Part shown: piece after piece, positions 7,866 to 16,915 of the stretch
How the letters are laid out: each line of letters starts with the position of its first letter
Position numbering within the stretch: position 1 is the stretch's first letter
NCBI RefSeq assembly: GCF_000737315.1
Contig: NZ_JMCB01000005.1
Coordinates: 62,001-126,000 of the forward strand
Source: Hyalangium minutum
GTDB taxonomy: Bacteria > Myxococcota > Myxococcia > Myxococcales > Myxococcaceae
Direction: 5' to 3'
DNA: 64,000 nt
Made by a program: the position numbers and the translations under genes
The notes under the pieces: generated by a model
Databases searched by the model: none
What the model was told of the DNA's origin: nothing
Seen by the model: the letters and a program-made list of their open reading frames with translations, nothing else

Positions 7866-8801
7866 ATGGTGGTCCTCATGAAATGGAGCTCCCTGTTGTT
7901 GGTGTCCCTGGGCCTTGCTGCTCCAGTGAGCGCTGCGCCCCCATCCACCCCCAAACCTTCCACCCCGCCCATGAATGCCTCTCCTGGAATCGAAGCCGAG
8001 ACCCGTGCCTGGCACACCGAACGCGTCTCCCGGCTGACGTCGGACGATGGGTGGCTCACGCTGGTGGGGCTGCATTGGCTCAAGGAGGGCGCCAACCGCT
8101 TTGGCTCTGCGCCGGACAATGACGTGGTGTTCCCGGCGGCCTTTCCCGCTCATGCGGGCACCTTCACCCGGAAGGGAGCCACGGTGAGCCTCGCGCTCGA
8201 GAAGGGCACGTCCCTGGCGCTGGAGGGCAAGCCCTTCACCGGAGGCGCGCTGCGCAGTGATGCCGACGGCAAGCCGGACACGCTGGCGCTGGGCTCCGTG
8301 CGCTTCTTCGTGATTCGCCGCGGCGATCGGCTGGGCGTGCGGGTGAAGGACTCGGAGGCGCCCACGCGCAAGGCGTTCCACGGCATCCCCACCTACGCCC
8401 CAAGCGCCGCCTGGCGGGTGGAGGGGCGCTTCGAGCCCGCCACCACCGAGAAGAAGATCTCCGTTCCCAATGTGCTGGGCGAGGTGGAGGAGATGGTGTC
8501 CCCGGGCACCGTCGTCTTCACCGTGGGAGGTCAGGAGTACCGGCTCTCGCCGGTGCAGGAGCCGGGCGAGGATCAGCTCTTCTTCATCTTCGGAGACCTG
8601 ACCAACCGCGATGAGACGTACGGCGCGGGCCGCTTCCTGTACGCAGCCATGCCGAAGGAGGGGAAGGTGGTGCTGGACTTCAACCGGGCCTACAACCCGC
8701 CGTGCGCGTTCACCTCGTTCGCCACCTGCCCGCTGCCGCCGTCGCAGAACCGGCTCAAGGTGCGGGTCGAGGCCGGAGAGAAGCGCTACGGCGACCACTG
8801 A
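7866..8801 (+). CDS. DUF1684-family exported protein
   Basis: Signal peptide (start may be ATG 7878); GWLTLVGLHWL, TYGAGRFL, LDFNRAYNPPCAFTSFATCPLPP..N.L...VEAGEK. Confidence 0.85.
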   Translation: MVVLMKWSSLLLVSLGLAAPVSAAPPSTPKPSTPPMNASPGIEAETRAWHTERVSRLTSDDGWLTLVGLHWLKEGANRFGSAPDNDVVFPAAFPAHAGTFTRKGATVSLALEKGTSLALEGKPFTGGALRSDADGKPDTLALGSVRFFVIRRGDRLGVRVKDSEAPTRKAFHGIPTYAPSAAWRVEGRFEPATTEKKISVPNVLGEVEEMVSPGTVVFTVGGQEYRLSPVQEPGEDQLFFIFGDLTNRDETYGAGRFLYAAMPKEGKVVLDFNRAYNPPCAFTSFATCPLPPSQNRLKVRVEAGEKRYGDH

Positions 8802-8813
8802 GCCAGCGCACGC

Positions 8814-9947
8814 TCATGCCGCCGAGAGCTTCAGGTCCTTGTTCAGTCCAGCGTCCCGGCTCACGCGCCAGATCTTCTGATCCAGGTAGTAGTGGTGCAG
8901 GGCGAAGCCCCAGATGAAGCCCGAGGCCAGGTCTCTCAGCGAGAGGCCTGCGCCGAGCATCAGCTTCGCGTCGAACGTGCCGCAGCCGGGGTGCAAGCCG
9001 AAGCCGCAGCCCAGCGCGCGGTAGGCCAGGGTGAAGGCCACGCCACACGCCGCATAGATGAGGAAGCGCCCGCTGATGCGCGGCGCGAGCCCGAAGTCGG
9101 CGTGCTCCACGCCGGGCCCGTGGTAGCGGTTGCGGTGATAGAACCAGACGATGCCGTGGTACTGGACGTTGTGGAACGCCGTCACCACCACGGCGACCAT
9201 GAGAAACTCCACGCGGCGCGCCACCCCGGGCAGGAAGAGCAGCACACTCAGCCCGATCGCCGCAGCCAGCAGCAGCACCTTGGGCCCGTTGATGCCGAGG
9301 CCCTGGCGCCACCGCTGGAACTGCCGCGCGGCGAAGAGCGCCACCACCGCGAAGGTCACCGCCCAGCACGCCCAGGCCAGGTTCTCCTCCACCCCCGGCT
9401 GCGGCCCCAGCCCGAGCAGCCTGCGCGCCACCGGGTGCGTGACGGCGAAGGCCCCGAACGGCGCCAGCAGCCCTCCATACAGCGTGAGGCTGTCCACCCG
9501 GCGATCCACTGGGAGCGTGTCCCGGTTCTTCCGCTGGTAGAGCGTCATCAGCCCGTAGTGCTGGCGCACCACGTGCCAGTAGGCCCACAGGCTGGCGAAG
9601 GTCAGGAACAGGTCGAACGGCAGCCGCTGGCCCAGCAGCACCGAGACCCCAAAAATCAGGGGACCCGCGGCGAACCAGCCCAGGCTGCCGAGCAGCAGCC
9701 GGCGCCTCGCCGTGCGCTCCCGACGGTCCAGGTAGGTCCTCGAAAGCGTGGCGAAGATGTGCGGCCCGTCCAGCGTGAGCACCCACATCCACCACAGCAC
9801 CAGGCCGCTCACGCCCACGCCCAGATGGAGGCCGAGCAGCACGAGGCTCGCAGCCAGCCCTCCCACGGTGGAGAGCAGATCATGCCGGCGATCGACGAGC
9901 CAGCCCGCGTGCAGGGGGACGGCGGGGGCGGCGGAGACTGCGCTCAT
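8814..9947 (-). CDS. Polytopic membrane protein with four conserved His motifs (function unknown)
   Basis: Multiple hydrophobic helices; DGPHIFAT, YWHVVRQHYG, FHNVQYH, LHHYYLDQKIWR. Confidence 0.7.
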   Translation of the reverse strand: MSAVSAAPAVPLHAGWLVDRRHDLLSTVGGLAASLVLLGLHLGVGVSGLVLWWMWVLTLDGPHIFATLSRTYLDRRERTARRRLLLGSLGWFAAGPLIFGVSVLLGQRLPFDLFLTFASLWAYWHVVRQHYGLMTLYQRKNRDTLPVDRRVDSLTLYGGLLAPFGAFAVTHPVARRLLGLGPQPGVEENLAWACWAVTFAVVALFAARQFQRWRQGLGINGPKVLLLAAAIGLSVLLFLPGVARRVEFLMVAVVVTAFHNVQYHGIVWFYHRNRYHGPGVEHADFGLAPRISGRFLIYAACGVAFTLAYRALGCGFGLHPGCGTFDAKLMLGAGLSLRDLASGFIWGFALHHYYLDQKIWRVSRDAGLNKDLKLSAA

Positions 9948-10114
9948 TCAGGGCTCCTGCGACGCGTGGGGTCCGAGCCCGTCAAGGATGCCATGGGGTG
10001 GGTGGATCCGCTGGGTGAGGCATGTGCCTACACAGTGAAGGTGCGGCCAAACAAGCGTGCTTTGGGGAAATTAAGAGCTTGAGCGAGGGGTATCGGAGCG
10101 CGACAGTTCTGATC

Positions 10115-13100
10115 ATGGAACAGGGGCGGCGCGCGACAGACCGGAAAGCCGTAGGTCTGCTGGTGAAGCTCAAGCACTCGGATGTGGGGAGCTTCGCAGA
10201 GGAGTTCGCCACCAACTTGAGCCCTGGCGGCATGTTCATTCGCACGCGTACACCGCAGGCGGTGGGCACGCTTGTGAAGTTCGAGGTGCAGATTGCCGGC
10301 GGCGTCCGCGTGCTGCGCGGCACGGCCGTGGTGCGCTGGGTGCGCGAGACGACCAACGAGGAAGGCCCTCCGGGCATGGGGCTCCAGTTCCAGGAACTGG
10401 ACCCGGTCACCCAGTCGCTCATCGATCGGATGCTGCAGCTCAGCAAGGCGGCCGCTTCAGCGGGTGGGGCCGCGGCGGCGGGGGACAAACCCTCCGTGGA
10501 CGTGGAGGCGCTGGAGCGGGAGATGCTGGCCAAGGGCATGCTGGACCGGGTCGGCAAGCGCATCACCGCCTCGCGCCTGCCTGCCATCGCGCCCTCCGTT
10601 GCCCCGGTCTCCCGAACGGCGCCCAAGCAGGGCCCCGGTGCGAAGCGCCAGGCCGAGGAGCTCCCCTCGGGCCCGATGCTGACCGATGAGCGGCTGGAGG
10701 AGAGCGCCGATCTGGGCGACCTCATGGACGATCTCGAGTCGATGGGCTCGCAGATCGGCAAGCCCGGCAAGCCGCCCGTGTACTCGGTGCACACGGCTCC
10801 CACGCCCGTGCCCCTGGCCGTGCCCCCTCCCGGCGAAGATGACGTGAACATCGCCGTCGATGACCTGCTTTTGGTCACCCCGGAGTCTGCTTCCGCGTCC
10901 TCCGAGGTGAAGTTCGAGGTCGTCGACGAGCCCATGCCCGACATCGACTTCGAGATGGAGTCGTTGGGCGGGGATCTGCCCGTGGCCGTGGGCATGGCGC
11001 TGGAGGACGCCGAGGTGGCCCCCGTCCTTCAGGGCCAGCCCGTGCCTCCTCCTCCTCCGGCTGCACCCGCTCGTCCTGCGGCTCCGCTGCCGCCCGTGGC
11101 GAAGGCCTACCCTGCCGTAGCGCCGCAGCCTGCTCCCTCTGTGCAGGCTGCTCCGCCCCCGCCCCCGGTCTCCGCCGCGCCCCAGGTCCCGCCGCCCGCT
11201 CCGCCGCCTCCGGCCGCTCCGCCGCCTCCTCCGGCCGCCGCGGCTCCTCCAGCTCCGCTCAAGCCTGCGTTCGACGTGGATGTCGAGCTGGGCCTCATTG
11301 GCCCCAAGCTGGTGAACCAGTCGGACTCGCCGGACTTCAAGCCTGGCAAGGGCGTGGAGTTCGAGCTGAACCTCGGAAGCGGCGAGGACATCGACGTCGA
11401 CAAGCCGGGTCAGAAGCCTCGGCGCAAGCCTCCCAACCGCGCGCCGCCGCTCCCTGCCGCTACGCCTCCGTCTTCAGGGCCCGCGCCCTCGGCTCCTCGT
11501 TCGTTCCCCGCGGGGGCGCCCGAGGCTCGTGCGGAGGCGCCGCGTCCCGCTGCGCCCGTTCCCGGGAGCGCTGCCGCGCCTGCGCCCGCGCCTCCCCGGC
11601 CGCCGGTTCCCGAGGCTCCCCCCAAGATGGTCTTCCCGCCGACCGTCTTCCTGCATCCGCCCGAGCCAGTGGTGGGCACGGGGCCGGTGATAGGCATCGA
11701 TCTGGGCACCACCAACTCGTGCGTGGCCATCATGACGGGGGGCCGTCCCCAGGTGTTGCGCTCGAAGGAGGGCTACAACACCATCCCCTCGGTCATCTCG
11801 ATCAGCTCGCAGGGCAAGCTGCTCGTGAGCCACCGGGCCAAGAGCCAGCTCGTCATGCGCCCCACGCAGACGGTCTACGGCGCGAAGCGCATTGTCGGCC
11901 GTCCCTATGAGAGCGCCGTGGTGAAGCAGGTCCGCGAGCGCTTCCACTACGAGATCGTCCCCGACGCGCTGGGCCGTGCCGCCGTGCGCGTGGCCGACAA
12001 GGTGCTCTCGCTGGAGGAGGTGCAGGGCCTCATCCTCAAGGAGTGCAAGGAGATGGCTGAGCAGCACCTCGGCCAGAAGGTGGAGCGGGCGGTGGTGACG
12101 GTGCCCGCCTACTACTCCGAGCCGCAGCGCGAGGCCGTGCGCAAGTCCGGCGCCCTGGCGGGCCTGAAGGTCGAGCGCATCCTCAACGAGCCCACCTCCG
12201 CGGCGCTGGCCTACGGCCTCAACCGCGAGATGGACAAGCGGGTGCTGGTCTACGACCTGGGCGGCGGTACCTTCGACGCGACCATCCTGCGCATCGAGAA
12301 GAACGTCTTCGAGGTGCTGGCCACCGGCGGTGACATCTTCCTGGGCGGTCTCGACCTCGACAACGCCATCGTCGACTTCCTGCTGGAGCGCTTCCAGCAG
12401 CTGGAGAACGTGCCCTTCCAGGGAGACGGCGTGGCCCTGTCGCGCGTGAGTGACGCGGCCGAGAAGGCGAAGATCGCCCTCTCCGAGCGCCAGCACTACG
12501 AGGTCCATATCCCGATGCTGATGATGGACGAGATCGGCCGACCGAGGGACCTCAACTTCACGATGACGCGCGCGGACCTGGAGCGCATCTGCGAGAGCCT
12601 GGTGTCGCGCACGCTGGATGTGGTGCGGGACGTGCTGCTGGACGCGCGGCTGAAGCCCAGCGACATCGACGACATCATCCTCGTGGGCGGTCAGGCGCGC
12701 ATGCCGCTGGTGCGCGAGAAGATCAAATCGCTGTTCGGCAAGTCGGCGCACTCGAGCGTGAACGCGGACGAGGCGGTGGCGCTGGGCGCGGCGCTGTACT
12801 CGACGGCGATCGACAAGGTGAGCAGCGTGGTGCTCATCGACGTGCTGCCGATGACGATCGGTCTGGCGATGCCGGGCGGCTCGTTCCAGCGCGTCATCGA
12901 GCGCAACACCCCGCTGCCGGCGCAGCGCTCGTTCGCGGTGGCGACCTCCCGGGACGACGAGGAGGTGCTGGAGCTGTCCATCTTCCAAGGAGAGGACAAC
13001 CACATCTCCGCCAACGAATACCTGGGCACCGTGCGGCTGGAGGGACTGCCGAAGGGCCCGAAGGGCTCGGTGCGCGTGGCGGTGACGATCAAGCTGGACG

Positions 13101-13315
13101 CGGAGTGTGTGCTCTACGTCGAGGCCCGGGAGTACCAGACGCGCAAGACGGTGCGGGCGACGCTGGCCACGCGGTACACGCCGGAGGAGTTGGCCCAACA
13201 GCTCAAGGTGGACGCGAACGCGGCGCGCGCAGCCGAGGAGCGCCGGGGCGCGGATCTGCGCGAGCGCGCGGGCCGCTTCTGGGGCTTCCTCAAGAAGGTG
13301 GTGGGCCGGTCCTGA
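10115..13315 (+). CDS. PilZ (TIGR02266-type)-Pro/Ala linker-Hsp70/DnaK fusion protein
   Basis: N-terminal RATDR...NLSPGGMFI PilZ; Hsp70 motifs GIDLGTTNS, TVPAYY, NEPTSAALAYG, VYDLGGGTFD, VGGQARMP, linker VVLIDVLP; short lid. Start placed at ATG 10115. Confidence 0.85.
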   Translation: MEQGRRATDRKAVGLLVKLKHSDVGSFAEEFATNLSPGGMFIRTRTPQAVGTLVKFEVQIAGGVRVLRGTAVVRWVRETTNEEGPPGMGLQFQELDPVTQSLIDRMLQLSKAAASAGGAAAAGDKPSVDVEALEREMLAKGMLDRVGKRITASRLPAIAPSVAPVSRTAPKQGPGAKRQAEELPSGPMLTDERLEESADLGDLMDDLESMGSQIGKPGKPPVYSVHTAPTPVPLAVPPPGEDDVNIAVDDLLLVTPESASASSEVKFEVVDEPMPDIDFEMESLGGDLPVAVGMALEDAEVAPVLQGQPVPPPPPAAPARPAAPLPPVAKAYPAVAPQPAPSVQAAPPPPPVSAAPQVPPPAPPPPAAPPPPPAAAAPPAPLKPAFDVDVELGLIGPKLVNQSDSPDFKPGKGVEFELNLGSGEDIDVDKPGQKPRRKPPNRAPPLPAATPPSSGPAPSAPRSFPAGAPEARAEAPRPAAPVPGSAAAPAPAPPRPPVPEAPPKMVFPPTVFLHPPEPVVGTGPVIGIDLGTTNSCVAIMTGGRPQVLRSKEGYNTIPSVISISSQGKLLVSHRAKSQLVMRPTQTVYGAKRIVGRPYESAVVKQVRERFHYEIVPDALGRAAVRVADKVLSLEEVQGLILKECKEMAEQHLGQKVERAVVTVPAYYSEPQREAVRKSGALAGLKVERILNEPTSAALAYGLNREMDKRVLVYDLGGGTFDATILRIEKNVFEVLATGGDIFLGGLDLDNAIVDFLLERFQQLENVPFQGDGVALSRVSDAAEKAKIALSERQHYEVHIPMLMMDEIGRPRDLNFTMTRADLERICESLVSRTLDVVRDVLLDARLKPSDIDDIILVGGQARMPLVREKIKSLFGKSAHSSVNADEAVALGAALYSTAIDKVSSVVLIDVLPMTIGLAMPGGSFQRVIERNTPLPAQRSFAVATSRDDEEVLELSIFQGEDNHISANEYLGTVRLEGLPKGPKGSVRVAVTIKLDAECVLYVEAREYQTRKTVRATLATRYTPEELAQQLKVDANAARAAEERRGADLRERAGRFWGFLKKVVGRS
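11030..11650 (+). repeat. Low-complexity Pro/Ala-rich coding linker
   Basis: Runs such as PPPPPAAPARPAAP and PPPAPPPPAAPPPPPAAAAPPAP; imperfect CCG/CCT/GCT repeats. Confidence 0.8.
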
Positions 13316-13361
13316 GGCCCCCCTCTGGCTCCCACGGGAGCGGTGCTGGTAGACGTGGCGT

Positions 13362-15044
13362 ATGTCGCGTCTCCCTGCCTCGCTGATCCTCCTCGCCATG
13401 ACCGGGGCCTGTGGCTCGGGCTCTGGTGGCGGTCCTGGTCCTTCGAATCCCGGGACGACTCCGAACACTCCTGCGGTCGAGATTACTCCGGCGGCGGGGG
13501 ACGAGTGGTATCGCAAGGCCGTCTTCTACGAGGTCTTCGTCCGGAGCTTCCAGGACTCGAATGGAGACGGGAAGGGGGACCTGAAGGGCCTCCTGTCGCG
13601 CCTGGACTATCTCAACGACGGCGATCCGAACACGACGCAGGACCTGGGCGTGGATGCGCTGTGGCTCATGCCCATCTTCGAGTCGCCGAGCTACCACGGC
13701 TATGACGTGGTGGACTACGAGCGCATCGAGCCGGACTACGGCACCCTGGAGGACTTCGAGCTGCTGTGCGTCGAGGCCCACAAACGGGGGATGCGCGTCA
13801 TCCTCGACTTCGTGATCAACCACTCGGGGGTAGGGCACCCGTGGTTCGTGGAGTCCGCCTCGTCGCCCACGTCGGCAAAGCGCGGCTGGTACGTGTGGAA
13901 GGATCAGGATCCGGGCTGGAAGCAGCCATGGAGCCAGTTCTCGAACACCCCCACGTGGCACAAGCGCAACGGCGCCTACTACTACGGCGTGTTCTGGGAC
14001 GGGATGCCGGACCTGAACATGCAGAACGCGGAGCTGCGCGCGGAGGTGAAGCGCCTGGCCTCGCTGTGGCTCGAGCGCGGCGCGGATGGCTTTCGGCTGG
14101 ATGCCGCGCGCTACCTCATCGAGACGGGGGCGGGCGCGGGCCAGGCGGACACTCCGGAGACGCACGCCTTCTGGAAGGAGTTCGCCGCGCACGTGCGGCA
14201 GGCCAAGCCGGACGCGGTGCTGGTGGGGGAGAACTGGAGCACCACGCCCATTGTCGCCACCTATTACGGCTCGACGGCGAAGGTGCCGGGTGGCGACGAG
14301 CTGCCGCTCAACTTCAACTTCGGTATCTCCGAGCAGATCCTCGCGGGGCTCAATGGCAACAATGCGGCGCCCATCGCGGCGAAGCTGGCGGAGATGGCGC
14401 GCGTATACCCGGCAGGGGTGAGCGATGCGCCCTTCCTCACGAACCACGACATGGTGCGGCTGTCCACGCAGCTCAGTGGGAACGCGGGCAAGCTGGCCAA
14501 TGCGGCGGCGCTGCTGCTCACCCTGCCTGGGGCTCCCTTCCTCTATTATGGAGAGGAGCTGGGAATGTCGAACGGTGGCGAGAACAACGACGAGTCCAAG
14601 CGCACGCCGATGCCCTGGAACGGCACGGCGGGAGGTGGCTTCACCACGGGGACGCCCTGGTACAGCTTCTCGGGGGGGTACACGTCGGGGCGCAACGTGG
14701 CTGCCCAGGAGAACGCTGCGGGCTCGTTGTTGTCGCGCTACCGGGCGCTGATCCGGGCGCGCCATGCCTCGGAGGCGCTGAGCCGCGGGGGACTCAAGCT
14801 CCTCTCGTCGACGCAGGGGACTCAGGTCATGCTCTCCTTCGTGCGCACGCTGGGCGAGGAGCGGGTGCTGGTGGTGCACAACGTCACGGACTACAACGTG
14901 TCCGCGGGCCCGTTCGACCTGCCGGGTACCACGCCCGAGATTCTCTTCGCCGACAGCAACGTCTCCGCGCTCACGAAGACCGCCACCGGTTGGCAGGCGA
15001 GCCTGCCGCCTCGCACCACGGGCATCTGGCGCCTGAAGCCGTGA
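13362..15044 (+). CDS. GH13 alpha-amylase lipoprotein (GH13_36-like)
   Basis: Lipobox ..MTGAC; DSNGDGKGDL, YHGYDV, catalytic triad in GFRLDAARY / GENW / TNHD. Confidence 0.9.
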   Translation: MSRLPASLILLAMTGACGSGSGGGPGPSNPGTTPNTPAVEITPAAGDEWYRKAVFYEVFVRSFQDSNGDGKGDLKGLLSRLDYLNDGDPNTTQDLGVDALWLMPIFESPSYHGYDVVDYERIEPDYGTLEDFELLCVEAHKRGMRVILDFVINHSGVGHPWFVESASSPTSAKRGWYVWKDQDPGWKQPWSQFSNTPTWHKRNGAYYYGVFWDGMPDLNMQNAELRAEVKRLASLWLERGADGFRLDAARYLIETGAGAGQADTPETHAFWKEFAAHVRQAKPDAVLVGENWSTTPIVATYYGSTAKVPGGDELPLNFNFGISEQILAGLNGNNAAPIAAKLAEMARVYPAGVSDAPFLTNHDMVRLSTQLSGNAGKLANAAALLLTLPGAPFLYYGEELGMSNGGENNDESKRTPMPWNGTAGGGFTTGTPWYSFSGGYTSGRNVAAQENAAGSLLSRYRALIRARHASEALSRGGLKLLSSTQGTQVMLSFVRTLGEERVLVVHNVTDYNVSAGPFDLPGTTPEILFADSNVSALTKTATGWQASLPPRTTGIWRLKP

Positions 15045-15076
15045 AGTTGCCAGTTGCGGGGTGCTACATTTTGGGC

Positions 15077-15880
15077 ATGTCCCGCATCTGGCTCGTGCTC
15101 GTCTTGGTGTGTGCCCTGGCTCCACTGCAGGGAAGCGCCCAGAGTTCGCCGCCGCCGCTGGTCCCGTCGGCTCCCGAGGAGGACCCATATGATCCCAAGG
15201 GAGGCCCTACCAGCAGCGATCCCTATGGTGGCTACGATGACGAGCCAGCGCCCAGACGGAGCTCCGCTGACGGCGAGGAAAAGCCCAAGGAAGAGATCAT
15301 CCCCCATAAAGGGACGTCCTCGAGAGGCTCGAGGGCAAACAATGGGCGCGTCATCGGCGAGGCCGTGGTGGGGGGGCTGTTTGGGGTAGCGGGGGCCGTG
15401 CCGGGCTTGCTGATGATGTCAGAGCTCTGCCTGACAAGTGACTGTGACGACAGCGTCAACTCCCAGTTTTTCACGGGCATGGCGTTGGCCTTCACAGGAT
15501 GGACGCTGGGCTCGGGGCTCGGCATCGTGGTGGGAGGCAGCCTTGCCGGAGGCGAGGGTGACTTTCTGGCAACGCTGGGGGGATCTGCCTTGGGAGCGTT
15601 GGTGGGAGTGGGCGGGAGCCTGGCCACCCTCGGGCTCTCCCTGGCGCTGCATTCGGTCAGTGAGGGGCTCGGGATCCTGGCGCTCGTCATCACAGTGCCA
15701 CTCGTGAGCCTTCCCCTCCTCGTCTTGGGCCCCCTTGTGGGTGGAATCCGTTTCTACGAGAGCTCCCACGAGAGCGCCGTTGCACAACAGCAAGGGGCCA
15801 GCGCCAGTGTGCGGATGGTTCCGGTCATCAGCGTGAGCCCCTCGGGCGGGCTCGTCGCGGGGCTCATGGGGCGGTTCTGA
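15077..15880 (+). CDS. Exported/membrane hypothetical protein with Gly-rich hydrophobic helices
   Basis: ATG 15077 MSRIWLVLVLVCALAP signal, acidic Pro-rich linker, GxxxG-rich helices, ends GLVAGLMGRF. It is the 3' part of the listed 704-aa ORF. Confidence 0.65.
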   Translation: MSRIWLVLVLVCALAPLQGSAQSSPPPLVPSAPEEDPYDPKGGPTSSDPYGGYDDEPAPRRSSADGEEKPKEEIIPHKGTSSRGSRANNGRVIGEAVVGGLFGVAGAVPGLLMMSELCLTSDCDDSVNSQFFTGMALAFTGWTLGSGLGIVVGGSLAGGEGDFLATLGGSALGALVGVGGSLATLGLSLALHSVSEGLGILALVITVPLVSLPLLVLGPLVGGIRFYESSHESAVAQQQGASASVRMVPVISVSPSGGLVAGLMGRF

Positions 15881-15881
15881 A

Positions 15882-16832
15882 TCAGTGCACGGGCACCACT
15901 GCGGGCCATGGAGGCGGGTTCGGCCCGAGCACCTGCTCCTGCGTCACTCCCTCCGGCACCACCAGGTCCACCACCGGTGACTGGTTCGCCGCTCCCAACC
16001 TCCCTCCACCAAAAAACTCCTTCGAATCTCCCGGCACGATGGGCAGCACCATGGACGCTCTGGGGCCCTCCTTCCCGAACAGCGAGGACAGGTTCACCTT
16101 GTTCTCGAACAGAGCCCCTGTCACCGCGAGCGCGTAGCCCCACTCCGGCCGAGGCGCGCCGCCAAAGAAGTCGTTCGGCACGAAGAACTCCACCGTCGCC
16201 CCTGTCACGCGCACGCGCGTGGGGAAGAACACCTGCCCCGTCAGCTTGCGCTCCACCTCCGACTCCACCTCGCGCTGCGCGGCCTCGCCCAGGGAGCCTT
16301 GCTGGCGGATCCGCTCCTCGCGCTCCTCCCGTTGCCACTCTCCGCGCAGCTGGTCCCGCGCGTCATACGGCCGAGGCGTGAGCACGATGGCTTTCTCCCA
16401 CGCGCTCCCCGGAGCCAGCGAGAGGTTCCGCCCCGGCAGCGTCTCCGTGCGGCCCGAGCCCTCCACCCGATCCGTATCCACGTACAGGTCCAGGTTGAAC
16501 GTGTAGAACCCGAGCCGCGCCTTCTGCGCCTGCGTCTCTCCGGCGATGTCCACCGTCCGCGCCGCCTGGGGCTTCGCGATGGGCCGCGCGAAGGTCGCCT
16601 CGAACCGCGTGCCGTCATCCTCCGGGTACGCCACCAACAACAGCAGATCCATTGAGCCCGGCCCCAGGTCCTCGCGCAGCGGATAGCGCAAGTCCCCATC
16701 TCCGTGGTCATCCCCGCGCGGATCCGCCAGGGTGAAGAGCGGGGCAGTCCCTCCGGTGCTCCGGGAGAGGCACGCGCTGGCCAGCACGGCCCCCAGCGCG
16801 AGCGGCAGCAGGGCGCGGCGAAGCGGAAGCAT
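15882..16832 (-). CDS. Glucodextranase C-terminal DOMON-like domain lipoprotein
   Basis: Lipobox VLASAC; DPRGDDHGDGDLRYP, MDLL, NLDLYVDTD, WEKAIV, WGYALAVTG. ATG 16832 follows GGAG. Confidence 0.7.
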   Translation of the reverse strand: MLPLRRALLPLALGAVLASACLSRSTGGTAPLFTLADPRGDDHGDGDLRYPLREDLGPGSMDLLLLVAYPEDDGTRFEATFARPIAKPQAARTVDIAGETQAQKARLGFYTFNLDLYVDTDRVEGSGRTETLPGRNLSLAPGSAWEKAIVLTPRPYDARDQLRGEWQREEREERIRQQGSLGEAAQREVESEVERKLTGQVFFPTRVRVTGATVEFFVPNDFFGGAPRPEWGYALAVTGALFENKVNLSSLFGKEGPRASMVLPIVPGDSKEFFGGGRLGAANQSPVVDLVVPEGVTQEQVLGPNPPPWPAVVPVH

Positions 16833-16849
16833 CAACGAGACTCCGTGGG

Positions 16850-16887
16850 AAAAAAGAGAGCCCGGCGAGCGTCGCCGCGCGCCGGGC
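16850..16887 (-). terminator. Rho-independent terminator after the outer-membrane protein gene
   Basis: On the minus strand, GCCCGGCG-loop-CGCCGGGC followed by TCTCTTTTTT. Confidence 0.7.
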
Positions 16888-16915
16888 CCTTCTCAAGCAA
16901 GAAGCGTGAGGCTGA

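Noticed and set aside
11030-11650. Repetitive GC-rich tract as a possible CRISPR or REP array
   Set aside because: In-frame Pro/Ala low-complexity coding sequence with no constant repeat-spacer periodicity. No CRISPR, tRNA, rRNA or IS element was found anywhere in the window.
13766-15076. Apparent 704-aa ORF overlapping the amylase
   Set aside because: Only the part from ATG 15077 has a signal peptide and a coherent sequence. The same over-extension applies to ORFs 7308-8798, 43790-46087, 48048-49856, 58376-59731 and 40802-41806.
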